DNA from: Escherichia phage BAU.Micro_ELP-22
Length of the DNA: 64,000 bases
Reading direction: 5' to 3' (one strand)
Sequence record: OR699282.2
Program-made: the position numbers and the translations under genes
In this document: piece after piece, positions 30,845-39,995 of the stretch
Numbering within the stretch: position 1 is the first letter of the stretch
Layout: the number at the start of each line of letters is the position of its first letter
The notes under the pieces: generated by a model
The model's input: the letters and a program-made list of their open reading frames with translations, nothing else
Databases searched by the model: none
What the model was told of the DNA's origin: nothing

Positions 30845-31228
30845 ATGGTTGATAAATGGAATAAGAAAGATCCATCACATGATGTTGATATTTCTGGTCT
30901 AGACAATGCACATAAGCACAAGTATCTAGATTCACTAGGTCTTCTAAAACCAGACCAAAGTCTTGCACATGATCGTCCATCCCGTGAAAAAGCATTTAGC
31001 CTAGAATCACTAGGTCATGAGCTTAATCGTGTGTTTGAGGATCACCCAATCTATGTACGTGATATTATCGAGAAACTTAAAGTAACTCCTAAAGAGCACT
31101 TTAAAGCAACTGTACACTCTGCATTCCGTGCATTACATGAATCTCTAAAGAAAACTCACAATCTTCGTAAAATTCATGATGAAATCGTGAATGCTATCGA
31201 AAGTGAAAAACATAAGTTCAAGAAGTAA
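30845..31228 (+). CDS. hypothetical basic protein
   Basis: 127 codons; LDSLGLLKPDQ motif shared with 31475 product. Confidence 0.55.
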   Translation: MVDKWNKKDPSHDVDISGLDNAHKHKYLDSLGLLKPDQSLAHDRPSREKAFSLESLGHELNRVFEDHPIYVRDIIEKLKVTPKEHFKATVHSAFRALHESLKKTHNLRKIHDEIVNAIESEKHKFKK

Positions 31229-31230
31229 TA

Positions 31231-31268
31231 AAAAGGGTTGACTAAGGTCAGCCCTTTGTTGTATCATA
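31231..31268 (+). promoter_or_regulatory. terminator-promoter stem-loop cassette (PeSL-like)
   Basis: GGGTTGAC-TAAG-GTCAGCCC + T-run + TATCAT. Confidence 0.6.
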
Positions 31269-31296
31269 ACTTCTCAATATAACTGAGGTATCATAT

Positions 31297-31410
31297 ATGC
31301 AAGGTTTAAAATTTGTAGTTGCTGCACTCATCGCCGCAGTACTGGTTGGTGGTGTATTCTATGTAGTGGATCAAAAAGTAAATCCACCTGCACAAGAACA
31401 ATCTACGTAA
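31297..31410 (+). CDS. hydrophobic micropeptide (37 aa)
   Basis: ATG after TGAGGT; MQGLKFVVAALIAAVLVGGVFYVV..; bracketed by two PeSL-like elements. Confidence 0.35.
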   Translation: MQGLKFVVAALIAAVLVGGVFYVVDQKVNPPAQEQST

Positions 31411-31417
31411 CAAAATA

Positions 31418-31450
31418 AGGTTGACTTCGGTCAGCCTTTTCTTTATACTA
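31418..31450 (+). promoter_or_regulatory. terminator-promoter stem-loop cassette (PeSL-like)
   Basis: GGTTGAC-TTCG-GTCAGCC + T-run + TATACT/TATAAATA. Confidence 0.6.
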
Positions 31451-31474
31451 TAAATATAGACATAGAGAAAAAAA

Positions 31475-32752
31475 ATGAAATCTATGGAGAGAAATCAAAT
31501 GCCAAGTAATTTTACTGATAAAAATGGTGGTAACATGGCTGGTCACTCTGATAAATGGAGTGAACGCAACCGCCGTCCAAATAGTTATCAAGCAGGTCAA
31601 GGTTCACGTGGGTCACGTAATCAAGGAACTGGTCTAGCTGGTAAAGCAAACGCAGAAGCAGGTGAAGTTAAGAGTACTGAGAACATGACTGAGCTAGAAA
31701 AGCTACGTTATGTTAATTCATTGGGACTTCTTAATGCTACACAAAAACAACGTCTAGCTGATATGGAACGTGAAGAAAAAGAAAAATCTGCTCCTGCTAA
31801 AGAAGAACCAAAACAAGAAGCACCAAAGGCGGTTAACCCTGTCAAAGAACTGTCGGATAAGTTAGGTAAGATTTTTGCTAATAAACCACAACTTATCCAA
31901 GGTATTGTGAAAGAATTGCAATCTGTACCTAAAGAAGAATTAAAAGTCAAAGCACAAGCTGTACTTGATGCAATGAGTGGAAATACCAGTACTGAACCAA
32001 CTGAAGTATTCAGTACTATAATGCGTGCACTTGAAGGTACGCAACAAGGTGATGTGCCTGCACAAGAGGAAGTAAGTCTTGAAAGCGTACTTAAAACATT
32101 TGATAGTATTGGTAAAGAAGACCGTGCTAATGCTCAACAAGTTAAGAATGTACTAGCTAAGTTAGAAAACCGTCTGGAAGGTAAAGACGATAAGATTAAA
32201 TTAGTATCTGATGCAGTTAACGATGCACTTAAATCTTATGTACAAGGTGAAAAGAGTCGTTTTGTAACTGCAATGGATGCTGCATTCAATACTATGAAAA
32301 AGTATGAAGCTGATCATGGTGAGAAGGTTACACGAGATGGTTATCTGATGCGTGATGATGAAGAAGGTGCAGTAGAACAGAACGATGTTCATTCAGACGA
32401 AGAAATTGATGACATGGAAGCTGAACTGTCACAAGACCGCCAAATGACTGAAAAATCCCATAACGAACTACAGAAATTAATGCAATGGGTTGCAGATGTT
32501 GGTGAAAAAGCTGGTGCTGATAAGAAGAGTATAAACCGAAATCTTAGTTGGATTAAAGATAAAGTTGGTAACAACGCTCGTAAACTACAAAAAGCGTGGA
32601 CTGATGTAGTGAATGGTGCTGTTGATATTGATGTTGAATCCGGTGAGGCATATGATTATGCATTGACTACACTTGATGACTCTTTCCGTGATTACGAAAA
32701 TGGAAATGTAACTCCTTGGGAAAAGGACATCATGAGCAAATACGGTAAATGA
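31475..32752 (+). CDS. hypothetical charged coiled-coil-rich protein
   Basis: 425 codons, GC-richer, K/E-rich; N-terminal YVNSLGLLNATQ resembles 30845 product. Confidence 0.65.
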   Translation: MKSMERNQMPSNFTDKNGGNMAGHSDKWSERNRRPNSYQAGQGSRGSRNQGTGLAGKANAEAGEVKSTENMTELEKLRYVNSLGLLNATQKQRLADMEREEKEKSAPAKEEPKQEAPKAVNPVKELSDKLGKIFANKPQLIQGIVKELQSVPKEELKVKAQAVLDAMSGNTSTEPTEVFSTIMRALEGTQQGDVPAQEEVSLESVLKTFDSIGKEDRANAQQVKNVLAKLENRLEGKDDKIKLVSDAVNDALKSYVQGEKSRFVTAMDAAFNTMKKYEADHGEKVTRDGYLMRDDEEGAVEQNDVHSDEEIDDMEAELSQDRQMTEKSHNELQKLMQWVADVGEKAGADKKSINRNLSWIKDKVGNNARKLQKAWTDVVNGAVDIDVESGEAYDYALTTLDDSFRDYENGNVTPWEKDIMSKYGK

Positions 32753-32756
32753 TAAA

Positions 32757-32795
32757 ACAAAAGGTTGACTTCGGTCAGCCTTTTTTTGTAAATAC
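32757..32795 (+). promoter_or_regulatory. terminator stem-loop cassette (PeSL-like)
   Basis: AAAAGGTTGAC-TTCG-GTCAGCC + T7. Confidence 0.6.
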
Positions 32796-32823
32796 AAAAG
32801 AGGAATTAAGAAGAGGGATTACA

Positions 32824-33075
32824 ATGAAAAAATATATTATATTTGGAATTGTATTATTTTCCAGTACTGCTTATGGTGCAGATTATCATTGCTCCGTAGC
32901 AAGGCAGGATTTCAGAAATGGGGAGTTCTATACTACCTCATACACAAAAGGAATAATACACGACACCGACAGAACTATTGGATTTAATGTGTTTGACAAC
33001 AAAGATTCATATACTTCAGGTATACTATCTGAGCATAAGACTGATGTAATGGGAATAGAAAAAGAGTTCCGGTGA
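32824..33075 (+). CDS. small secreted protein
   Basis: ATG after AGAGGG; MKKYIIFGIVLFSSTAYGA signal. Confidence 0.5.
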   Translation: MKKYIIFGIVLFSSTAYGADYHCSVARQDFRNGEFYTTSYTKGIIHDTDRTIGFNVFDNKDSYTSGILSEHKTDVMGIEKEFR

Positions 33076-33085
33076 TTCAGTAGTA

Positions 33086-33409
33086 ATGTGCAATGACATT
33101 GAAAGTACTAAAACAATTTATTATAATAATGAACGTAACTATCGTTTTCATAATTTAACCACAAATAAAAGTTTACTATTTTACAATTGTAAAGAAGTAA
33201 TACTCCCATCAGACAATAGCTGTACTCCAACTAATCAACCCCCAGCACAATGTAATACTCCCTCTGAACCTGATAAAAATAAAAAAGACAAAGATAAAGA
33301 TAAAAAAGAAGACAAAAAACCTTTAAAAGATAAAAAGAAAGATAAAAAACCTAATCCGTTTAAAAATAATAAACCAGCACAACCCGATATGACATGTAAA
33401 ATAAAATAA
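33086..33409 (+). CDS. hypothetical Lys/Asp-rich low-complexity protein
   Basis: 107 codons with KDKDKDKKEDKKPLKDKKKDKK tract. Confidence 0.5.
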   Translation: MCNDIESTKTIYYNNERNYRFHNLTTNKSLLFYNCKEVILPSDNSCTPTNQPPAQCNTPSEPDKNKKDKDKDKKEDKKPLKDKKKDKKPNPFKNNKPAQPDMTCKIK

Positions 33410-33418
33410 GGATATATA

Positions 33419-33838
33419 ATGAAAAAGATTTTTTTAAGTATTATTTTAGTACTTTTTAGTTTTAATGTATATGCAGCAGATGCTAAACAGGTTGCAAATA
33501 CAGTAAAAGATGTTATAGTAGATAATGCTCCTACATTAGAGGAAATTGGGGTAAAAACTTGTGATATAGTAATATATAATTTAGTTAATGATGAACGAGT
33601 TATGTTGAATACGTATGAACAAGTAGTCCCATTGGTTGAATCTGGTGATGCTTTTAGCTTTACATATAAAGTTAAATTAACAGGAGGGGTTGAAGTTAAT
33701 CTTGACATTGATACCGCTTCAGTACTAAAAGATAAACTAGGATATGTGTTCAATCGTATTCGTGAAGAAGGTCATCTTAAGTATGTTTATGAAAGTAAAA
33801 TACTAAAACGTGCAATAGTTATAGAAAACTGTAAATGA
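33419..33838 (+). CDS. secreted protein with signal peptide
   Basis: MKKIFLSIILVLFSFNVYA signal. Confidence 0.55.
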   Translation: MKKIFLSIILVLFSFNVYAADAKQVANTVKDVIVDNAPTLEEIGVKTCDIVIYNLVNDERVMLNTYEQVVPLVESGDAFSFTYKVKLTGGVEVNLDIDTASVLKDKLGYVFNRIREEGHLKYVYESKILKRAIVIENCK

Positions 33839-33841
33839 TAA

Positions 33842-33878
33842 TAAAAGGGTTGACTTCGGTCAGCCTTTTTTGTTATGA
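33842..33878 (+). promoter_or_regulatory. terminator-promoter stem-loop cassette (PeSL-like)
   Basis: AAAAGGGTTGAC-TTCG-GTCAGCC + T6 + TATGAT. Confidence 0.6.
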
Positions 33879-33907
33879 TGTTGGTATTAACTACAGAGGA
33901 TAAAGTA

Positions 33908-34549
33908 ATGACTAAGCAAGACATATTCAAAACTTTAATTGACATTTTGCGTCCATCAAAAACTCGTTGTGCGATGGAGTTTGATATTCCTTATGCTGAA
34001 CGCGTAATCTTTCCACAAGTTAAAGCTGCTGGACTTACTTTGCTTGGAATGGGGATGTACTCTGTAGTAGTTGAACATAAAAACTATCCTGGACGTGCAT
34101 TTAAAGTAACCACTTCACGCTGGGATGGTTTTCGTGCTTATGCAAAGTACTGCATTGAAAACGCAGGAACCAAGTTTCTTCCAGTGATCTACAGTGCCAA
34201 CGAACAAGGAAACTTTGGATGGTATGAGATGGACAAGTACTATCCTATAATTAAACAAAAAAATAATTATGATGACTTTGTTAGTACTAAAATTGGAGAT
34301 TTATATTCTTATGCACATGCTGGTCAGTACGCTACTTCAGTGAATGATATGCGTGGTAATTCTGAAGAGATTGCTATTGCAACGGTCGCTGCTAACATCA
34401 TGAAAGAGTTTCACGGGCGTTTTGTACCAGACATTCATTCCAGTAATGTCATGATGGATAAAGATGGCAATGTATTCATTACTGATCCTCTTTCGTGTGA
34501 TGTACGTAGAGAAATACCAGTTACTGAAGAAGATCCAGTTTTTTATTGA
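33908..34549 (+). CDS. hypothetical protein with kinase/phosphotransferase-like motif
   Basis: ATG after AGAGGA; DIHSSNVMMDKDGNVFITDP resembles APH/protein-kinase catalytic loop (weak). Confidence 0.55.
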   Translation: MTKQDIFKTLIDILRPSKTRCAMEFDIPYAERVIFPQVKAAGLTLLGMGMYSVVVEHKNYPGRAFKVTTSRWDGFRAYAKYCIENAGTKFLPVIYSANEQGNFGWYEMDKYYPIIKQKNNYDDFVSTKIGDLYSYAHAGQYATSVNDMRGNSEEIAIATVAANIMKEFHGRFVPDIHSSNVMMDKDGNVFITDPLSCDVRREIPVTEEDPVFY

Positions 34550-34610
34550 CAGAACTGATGTTCTGGTGTATTCTTAATAAACCATAAAAATTGCGGTAAA
34601 GGATAAAATC

Positions 34611-34892
34611 ATGCGTTCATTTGAAAACTTAATAGGTAAGCATCTTTTATCTGAAATTGATGCAGACGTTAAAGAATTATCCAAATCAAAAAGTTACATT
34701 CATTTGGATGAACTGTTTATTAAGTACGGTGAGATTGGTTTTAAGTCATTATTTGTTTTTACTATGAAAGTACATAGTTTAAAGTACTTCGATTTGAGTT
34801 CTAAAGATGGTGAACCGAATCTATATTACATGTATTACCTTAAGAACAAAGATGAAGCTAATACATTACTCTCTGAATATATATTGGGGTAA
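34611..34892 (+). CDS. hypothetical protein
   Basis: 93 codons, AAAGGA SD. Confidence 0.5.
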   Translation: MRSFENLIGKHLLSEIDADVKELSKSKSYIHLDELFIKYGEIGFKSLFVFTMKVHSLKYFDLSSKDGEPNLYYMYYLKNKDEANTLLSEYILG

Positions 34893-34894
34893 AA

Positions 34895-35233
34895 ATGGAA
34901 CAATATTTTGAATTAATAAACAAAGTATCATTTTATGTAGTATCTTTGGTTTGGGTGTATTATATGTTTTGCTACATTATTGCATTCTTCCGATACACTA
35001 CTTTATATGAACGTATCTACTATGATGCCCCAATTTCATTCTTGATGTTTTGTGCATGTACGTGGGGAATATTAGAAGTACTGATATGTGGGTATAGTAC
35101 TGATGAATTAAATCTGGTATCGGTCTTGACTGGGTTTTCATTTGTTGTTATGATAGCTGCCGTTCCAGTATGGTTGTTCTTTGGACTAGTTCATCGCATT
35201 GATATATGGCGTTCTAATATCCCTGAAAAGTAA
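34895..35233 (+). CDS. membrane protein, small multi-TM paralog family
   Basis: 112 codons; C-term RSNIPEK parallels 35237 and 35586. Confidence 0.55.
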   Translation: MEQYFELINKVSFYVVSLVWVYYMFCYIIAFFRYTTLYERIYYDAPISFLMFCACTWGILEVLICGYSTDELNLVSVLTGFSFVVMIAAVPVWLFFGLVHRIDIWRSNIPEK

Positions 35234-35236
35234 GGA

Positions 35237-35584
35237 TTGGTAATGATTTATTACACTAACATGTTTGCCTATGCTGTTGCTTGCATTTACATTGTTTACT
35301 TCTTATTCGGTGGAGTACTGTGCTTCTTTAAGTACAAAACGTTGTTCAACCGAATGTACCCAAATCATCCAATTGTAGTTGTACTTTTGATTCTTTCAGT
35401 TTCTCAAATAATCGTTGAAACTACAATGGGTATCAGTAGTGTACATTATAGTTTTGGCACTATAGTAATTATTACTATGCTTATTGCATACATTTTAGTA
35501 CTTGGATATGGTATCTTTGGTAATATTGGTATGAAAATGTATCATCGAATTAAAACATTACGTGATAATCTACCGGAGCGTTGA
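35237..35584 (+). CDS. membrane protein, small multi-TM paralog family
   Basis: 115 codons; C-term RDNLPER. Confidence 0.55.
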   Translation: MVMIYYTNMFAYAVACIYIVYFLFGGVLCFFKYKTLFNRMYPNHPIVVVLLILSVSQIIVETTMGISSVHYSFGTIVIITMLIAYILVLGYGIFGNIGMKMYHRIKTLRDNLPER

Positions 35585-35585
35585 T

Positions 35586-35930
35586 ATGTATAATTTGAAC
35601 CTAATCTCATATATTATAACAACACTGTTTACATTCTATGCCTTTGTTGGTATAATCCTACTGTACTTTAAATTTTATAAAGTGTTTAACCGTTTCTATC
35701 CTTCAATGGAGAATGAGTTTTTCTTTGTGTTGTACGTAGGTTACACATTAATGGCTACATGTTTCACTGTAGCCGATGGTGTCATCGGCATTAAAACTGA
35801 TTCCCCAAATGGTAGTACGCTGGTTGCATTTATTCTTACTGGATTCCTTGCAACTTATATTGCCTTCATTACAACATGGTCAGTGGTTGAATTTCTCTTG
35901 CGACTACGAAAGAATATGCCGAATCGATAG
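35586..35930 (+). CDS. membrane protein, small multi-TM paralog family
   Basis: ATG just after upstream stop; C-term RKNMPNR. Confidence 0.55.
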   Translation: MYNLNLISYIITTLFTFYAFVGIILLYFKFYKVFNRFYPSMENEFFFVLYVGYTLMATCFTVADGVIGIKTDSPNGSTLVAFILTGFLATYIAFITTWSVVEFLLRLRKNMPNR

Positions 35931-35939
35931 GAGACATAT

Positions 35940-36194
35940 ATGTTTGCGTTGCGTAATAAAAACACTAAAGAATTATTATGTATTGATACCGTATGGGATT
36001 GTGCGGGATCAACTACAGTTCTTGAAGAAGGAACTGGATATTGCGTGTTTGTTGTTCATGATAGGAATGAACTCGAATTATTACTTGCTGAGTTCAATGC
36101 TGGTGGTAATCCTAACAGTACTGAATACCCTGAGATTATCAATCCAGCACCACCAGGCTCTTATGAAATTCTACAACTGTGGGAGTTGAAGTAA
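35940..36194 (+). CDS. hypothetical protein
   Basis: 84 codons, AGGAGA SD. Confidence 0.5.
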   Translation: MFALRNKNTKELLCIDTVWDCAGSTTVLEEGTGYCVFVVHDRNELELLLAEFNAGGNPNSTEYPEIINPAPPGSYEILQLWELK

Positions 36195-36574
36195 TGCGTC
36201 AAATGCACAAAGTAACCGAGCTAAACAAGCGTCTGGTTAAACAATCAATGTTCGAGGATAAAGAGTCTTATTATAACTTTAAACGTGCTGTAGAGGCTGC
36301 TATCCACATTCAGAAGCTTAAAGAACGTGGTTGTATTATTCTGGAAAATGGGTCGGAAGTTGTAACGGATGACTTTAGTGTAGCGTTTGATGTTTCACCT
36401 GACGGGACGCTATCAATGCCCCGCTTAGGAACTGGAAACATGACTGTTTGGGTTGGCTTCACTATGGGGAATGTACCTGGTACTGTGTACGTAGATGATG
36501 CGGAATTGAAAGACAGTTTCAAAAACTTATCTTATCTTGAACCACAATACGCACATGAAATGAATTTATTTTGA
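36194..36574 (+). CDS. hypothetical protein
   Basis: ATG overlaps upstream stop (TAATG). Confidence 0.5.
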   Translation: MRQMHKVTELNKRLVKQSMFEDKESYYNFKRAVEAAIHIQKLKERGCIILENGSEVVTDDFSVAFDVSPDGTLSMPRLGTGNMTVWVGFTMGNVPGTVYVDDAELKDSFKNLSYLEPQYAHEMNLF

Positions 36575-36575
36575 G

Positions 36576-36603
36576 TTGACAAACACATTCAGTACTGTAT
36601 AAT
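36576..36603 (+). promoter_or_regulatory. sigma70-like early promoter
   Basis: TTGACAAACACATTCAGTACTGTATAAT. Confidence 0.6.
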
Positions 36604-36650
36604 GCTTATCAAGGGGATGAACTTCTCATCCCTACAATCGAGGAACTACC

Positions 36651-37205
36651 ATGATTACTTTTAAGAAAACTGCTAACCACATCCATGAAATCTACATTAA
36701 CGGTCACAAAGCTGGCCTTCTTCGTTTACTCGCCCATCATCCTGATGTTACCGTATCTGATAATGAACCTAAAGATTGGCGTGTATTTTTCTTTGGAAAG
36801 TACAGTGATTTTCAAGTATCAAACCTGAAGAACATTCGTTCAGTATGCACGTTAACTGAAATTAAAGAAAAGTTAGAAAAAGCATTGAAAACTAATCCAG
36901 ATGGTGTTCTTCCACCTGATAACTTTGTAGAGAAAGGTTATGCATTAGCTCATTTCAAAGATGGTACTATTCAATCTATCAGTACTGAATATGAATATCA
37001 ATGGACTGAGTACTTCACTTATGGATCGCGTAATACATTGATGGCTTCACGTAGTAAATTGGAAGAAGTACTGACTCGTATGAATGAACGCGAACGTCAA
37101 TTTTATGACAAACCAGAAATGTGGAGTTCAACTTACATTGACCGTATTGACTATGTTATTATGACTCCAATCTTTGACACTGCTTACTATGATTCTTTGA
37201 AATAA
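36651..37205 (+). CDS. hypothetical protein
   Basis: 184 codons, GAGGAA SD. Confidence 0.6.
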   Translation: MITFKKTANHIHEIYINGHKAGLLRLLAHHPDVTVSDNEPKDWRVFFFGKYSDFQVSNLKNIRSVCTLTEIKEKLEKALKTNPDGVLPPDNFVEKGYALAHFKDGTIQSISTEYEYQWTEYFTYGSRNTLMASRSKLEEVLTRMNERERQFYDKPEMWSSTYIDRIDYVIMTPIFDTAYYDSLK

Positions 37206-37216
37206 GGATAACTTAT

Positions 37217-37393
37217 ATGAAACTACGTACTCGTAATCGACTGATGGATGCACTGTACCATGAACAGCTTTCACTGAATGAAGTGAAGCGTCAGTTAATG
37301 TACACATATCTGTTACCCGCTCGCATTGCAAAACAACGTGCTAAAGAATTGCTGAAAGAAGCAATCGAGTACTGGGAATCTGATTCGTACTAA
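37217..37393 (+). CDS. hypothetical small basic protein
   Basis: 58 codons (below track cutoff), ATG after AAGGAT. Confidence 0.4.
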   Translation: MKLRTRNRLMDALYHEQLSLNEVKRQLMYTYLLPARIAKQRAKELLKEAIEYWESDSY

Positions 37394-37421
37394 TTGTCAC
37401 GTTAATTAAGTGAGGCGATAA

Positions 37422-37673
37422 ATGAAAATTTTATTAGTTCTAATACTACTAATTGTTTTACCATTTACGTTAGTATCCCCTGAACTTGCATGGAATGTGT
37501 TTGTGTACTTACTATGTACTATTGTAGTAAATGGTATCTTGTTCTTAGTTCTATTCATAAATGGAATAGGACACGGTGGAGGATGGACCAGTACTGCTGA
37601 TATTGTACATAAAACCACTATGTCTTTATTTGTAGTGTGGAATTTATTCTGGACTTGGTTTGTGTTCTTCTAA
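37422..37673 (+). CDS. small membrane protein
   Basis: 83 codons, hydrophobic. Confidence 0.5.
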   Translation: MKILLVLILLIVLPFTLVSPELAWNVFVYLLCTIVVNGILFLVLFINGIGHGGGWTSTADIVHKTTMSLFVVWNLFWTWFVFF

Positions 37674-37682
37674 TTAAAAAAT

Positions 37683-38054
37683 ATGAATATAGATTTGAAA
37701 GGTGCAACCCGAACTGTTATCCTCATTGGGGAATACGCTATCAAGATTCCAACCTTTAAAAGTTGGAAGCTATTCTTAACAGGGATGATAGCTAACCTCA
37801 ATGAACGTTCGTGGATGCAGTACTCCAAGCGTAGTGATACTGGTATCTGTCCTACTTTGTGGTCATCATGTACTGGACTAGTAACTGTACAGAAACGTTG
37901 TAAGCCAGTACAACATAGGGGTTTATTTTGGGTGGAGTTGTGTGCTTTAGCATTGAATTCAGAGTTAAGTACTGACTTCTTCTATTCAGATGCGAAGCCA
38001 GAAAACTTTGGGTATCTGTGTGGTAAGTTGGTTAAACTTGATTATGGAGATTAA
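37683..38054 (+). CDS. hypothetical protein
   Basis: 123-codon ORF. Confidence 0.5.
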   Translation: MNIDLKGATRTVILIGEYAIKIPTFKSWKLFLTGMIANLNERSWMQYSKRSDTGICPTLWSSCTGLVTVQKRCKPVQHRGLFWVELCALALNSELSTDFFYSDAKPENFGYLCGKLVKLDYGD

Positions 38055-38055
38055 T

Positions 38056-38325
38056 ATGTACGCACTGTATAATAAAGAAAAGAAACGATTTGCTAAGGTT
38101 GAAATTTCGATTGATACATTTGATATGTTGGAGTACTGTATTGTAACTGACCTATATGCTAACTTGTATTACGTTCTTGATGACGTATCAGTACTGCAAC
38201 GATTGCTTGAGAATTCCAAAAGTCAATGCCAGGGCATCCATGATGGTTCATCTTATGAAACACCTGAGTGTTCCTACGGCTATCTGGACGGGTATGAGAT
38301 TGTGAAGTTGGGGATTGTTGAATAA
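38056..38325 (+). CDS. hypothetical protein
   Basis: ATG after GGAGA, immediately after upstream stop. Confidence 0.5.
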   Translation: MYALYNKEKKRFAKVEISIDTFDMLEYCIVTDLYANLYYVLDDVSVLQRLLENSKSQCQGIHDGSSYETPECSYGYLDGYEIVKLGIVE

Positions 38326-38416
38326 ATGGATTAAACAATGAAGAAGTGTATGATTCTTTGTTCTAATCACCATCGCATGGTACATTCTGGTAGACTATGT
38401 TTGATTGAAAGAAAAA

Positions 38417-38453
38417 AAAAGGGTTGACTTCAGTCGGCCCTTTTTGCTATAAT
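38417..38453 (+). promoter_or_regulatory. terminator-promoter stem-loop cassette (PeSL-like)
   Basis: A9-GGGTTGAC-TTCA-GTCGGCCC + T5 + TATAAT, then conserved leader CATTTCATC..GAGG. Confidence 0.65.
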
Positions 38454-38481
38454 CATTTCATCGAAACGAGAGGATGAATAC

Positions 38482-38997
38482 ATGACACGCATTAACTTAG
38501 TACACGTTAAAGAACTTGCTGACCAACATCTGATGGCTGAATATCGTGAACTCCCACGTGTATTTGGTGCTGTACAAAAACACGTTCAAGCACGTAAGCG
38601 TGTACGTGATTTCAAAATTAACAGTACTTACCTGTTGGGTTCAGGTCATGTAACATTCTTCTACAACAAGTTATTGTACTTACAGAAGCGTCATATTGAT
38701 ATTGTTAACGAATGTTTGCGTCGTGGTATGAAGATTCAAAACACTGAAGTAAACGACATTAGCGGATTCCCTGCTGAGTTTTGTAATGACTACGTACCAT
38801 CGGAGTCAGAGATTAAAATGTCTCGTGATCGTTTGATTGAGAAGCTCCAGATGAAGCCTAAGTGGTATAAGTTTACTGATGTTGAATGTCCACAGTACGT
38901 TAAAGATATGCAGAACGTAAGTAGTAAGAACGAATCTAGTACTGATATGTTCGACGAAATTGAAGAACAAATCAAAGATGAAATGAATAATTATTAA
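38482..38997 (+). CDS. denV: pyrimidine dimer DNA glycosylase (T4 endonuclease V-like) with acidic C-terminal extension
   Basis: [35 protein letters not shown]...RVRDFKI...[10 protein letters not shown] matches recalled T4 DenV nearly residue-for-residue at the N-terminus. Confidence 0.85.
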   Translation: MTRINLVHVKELADQHLMAEYRELPRVFGAVQKHVQARKRVRDFKINSTYLLGSGHVTFFYNKLLYLQKRHIDIVNECLRRGMKIQNTEVNDISGFPAEFCNDYVPSESEIKMSRDRLIEKLQMKPKWYKFTDVECPQYVKDMQNVSSKNESSTDMFDEIEEQIKDEMNNY

Positions 38998-39035
38998 AGG
39001 AAAGGATTGACTTCGGTCACATAAAGGAACATAAC

Positions 39036-39230
39036 ATGTTATTAGTATATTCAAAGCGTTTCTGGATTTCTTTCATTGTACTTTCGCTAATCGGCTTCGG
39101 TGTGAGTATAATCTTTTCGTGGGATGAATTGGGTACATGGTATTATGAAGTTCCGTGGTACATGAAGATAGCTCCTTGTTATGCGGCATTGTTCGTGTCA
39201 TTCCTTATTGTTGTCTTCAGCGAGGATTAG
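39036..39230 (+). CDS. small membrane protein
   Basis: 64 codons; preceded by degenerate PeSL remnant at 39003-39030. Confidence 0.45.
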   Translation: MLLVYSKRFWISFIVLSLIGFGVSIIFSWDELGTWYYEVPWYMKIAPCYAALFVSFLIVVFSED

Positions 39231-39336
39231 TTGATGTAGTATTTGCTACACCAAAGTATTTGGATATTTTAGATATAAACATGGACACCTGTTCTATCTT
39301 TCTGTATTATGTACATCACCAAATGAGGAATACAAC

Positions 39337-39696
39337 ATGGCATCTTTAAGTGAAATCGCAGAATACAACCCACTAACAATCTCAACAATTCAACGTACAA
39401 AAACTTTTTATTTCCGTCCTGCTGATGGATGGAAACGTGGAATGAATGGTGACTATCGAGTACTGGAAGATTCACTAATCGAGCGTATCAACTCTGAACT
39501 ACAGAAGTATGAAGGTGTTAAAGTTGTGCGTTCAACTTCTCGTTATTTTGAGTACTACATTGAGTCTTCAACTGTAAATGAAAACTCATCATTATCGGTG
39601 GACAACACTGATATTCTTCGTAATGCAGTTGGTATGTTATGCAACATTGCAGAAGAAATGGGATTAACTATTAGTACTATGAGTGAGTTAGAATAA
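39337..39696 (+). CDS. hypothetical protein
   Basis: 119 codons, GAGGAA SD. Confidence 0.55.
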   Translation: MASLSEIAEYNPLTISTIQRTKTFYFRPADGWKRGMNGDYRVLEDSLIERINSELQKYEGVKVVRSTSRYFEYYIESSTVNENSSLSVDNTDILRNAVGMLCNIAEEMGLTISTMSELE

Positions 39697-39699
39697 CAT

Positions 39700-39735
39700 A
39701 AAGGGTTGACTTCGGTCAGCCCTTTTTGCTATAAT
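39700..39735 (+). promoter_or_regulatory. terminator-promoter stem-loop cassette (PeSL-like)
   Basis: AAAGGGTTGAC-TTCG-GTCAGCCC + T5 + TATAAT; near-identical to 38417 and 41421 copies. Confidence 0.7.
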
Positions 39736-39761
39736 CATTTCATCAACTCAAGAGGCAACAC

Positions 39762-39995
39762 ATGAAACTATCTTTTATACGATTGGCTGAATTCTTTGGT
39801 ACTGATGTAATTACTCTACAACAAATCGCAGATAATACATCATTAACTACACAAGAAGTACTTGATTTAGATGTAATTCAGTGCGATAATACTTCCATCG
39901 ATTACAAAGAAGGTCTTGTCGAAAAAGATAAGATTCAAGCTAAAATTAATGGTGCTGGACGGGTTCAGTACTGGAAAGGAGTTTTAAGTAAATGA
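39762..39995 (+). CDS. hypothetical protein
   Basis: 77 codons, AGAGGC SD. Confidence 0.5.
   Translation: MKLSFIRLAEFFGTDVITLQQIADNTSLTTQEVLDLDVIQCDNTSIDYKEGLVEKDKIQAKINGAGRVQYWKGVLSK

Noticed and set aside
33875-33907. Upstream ATG/TTG starts reported by the ORF track for several genes (e.g. 33875, 32749, 25326, 224, 402, 2391)
   Set aside because: These starts lie inside terminator/promoter elements or lack an SD; a downstream ATG with proper SD spacing was preferred.
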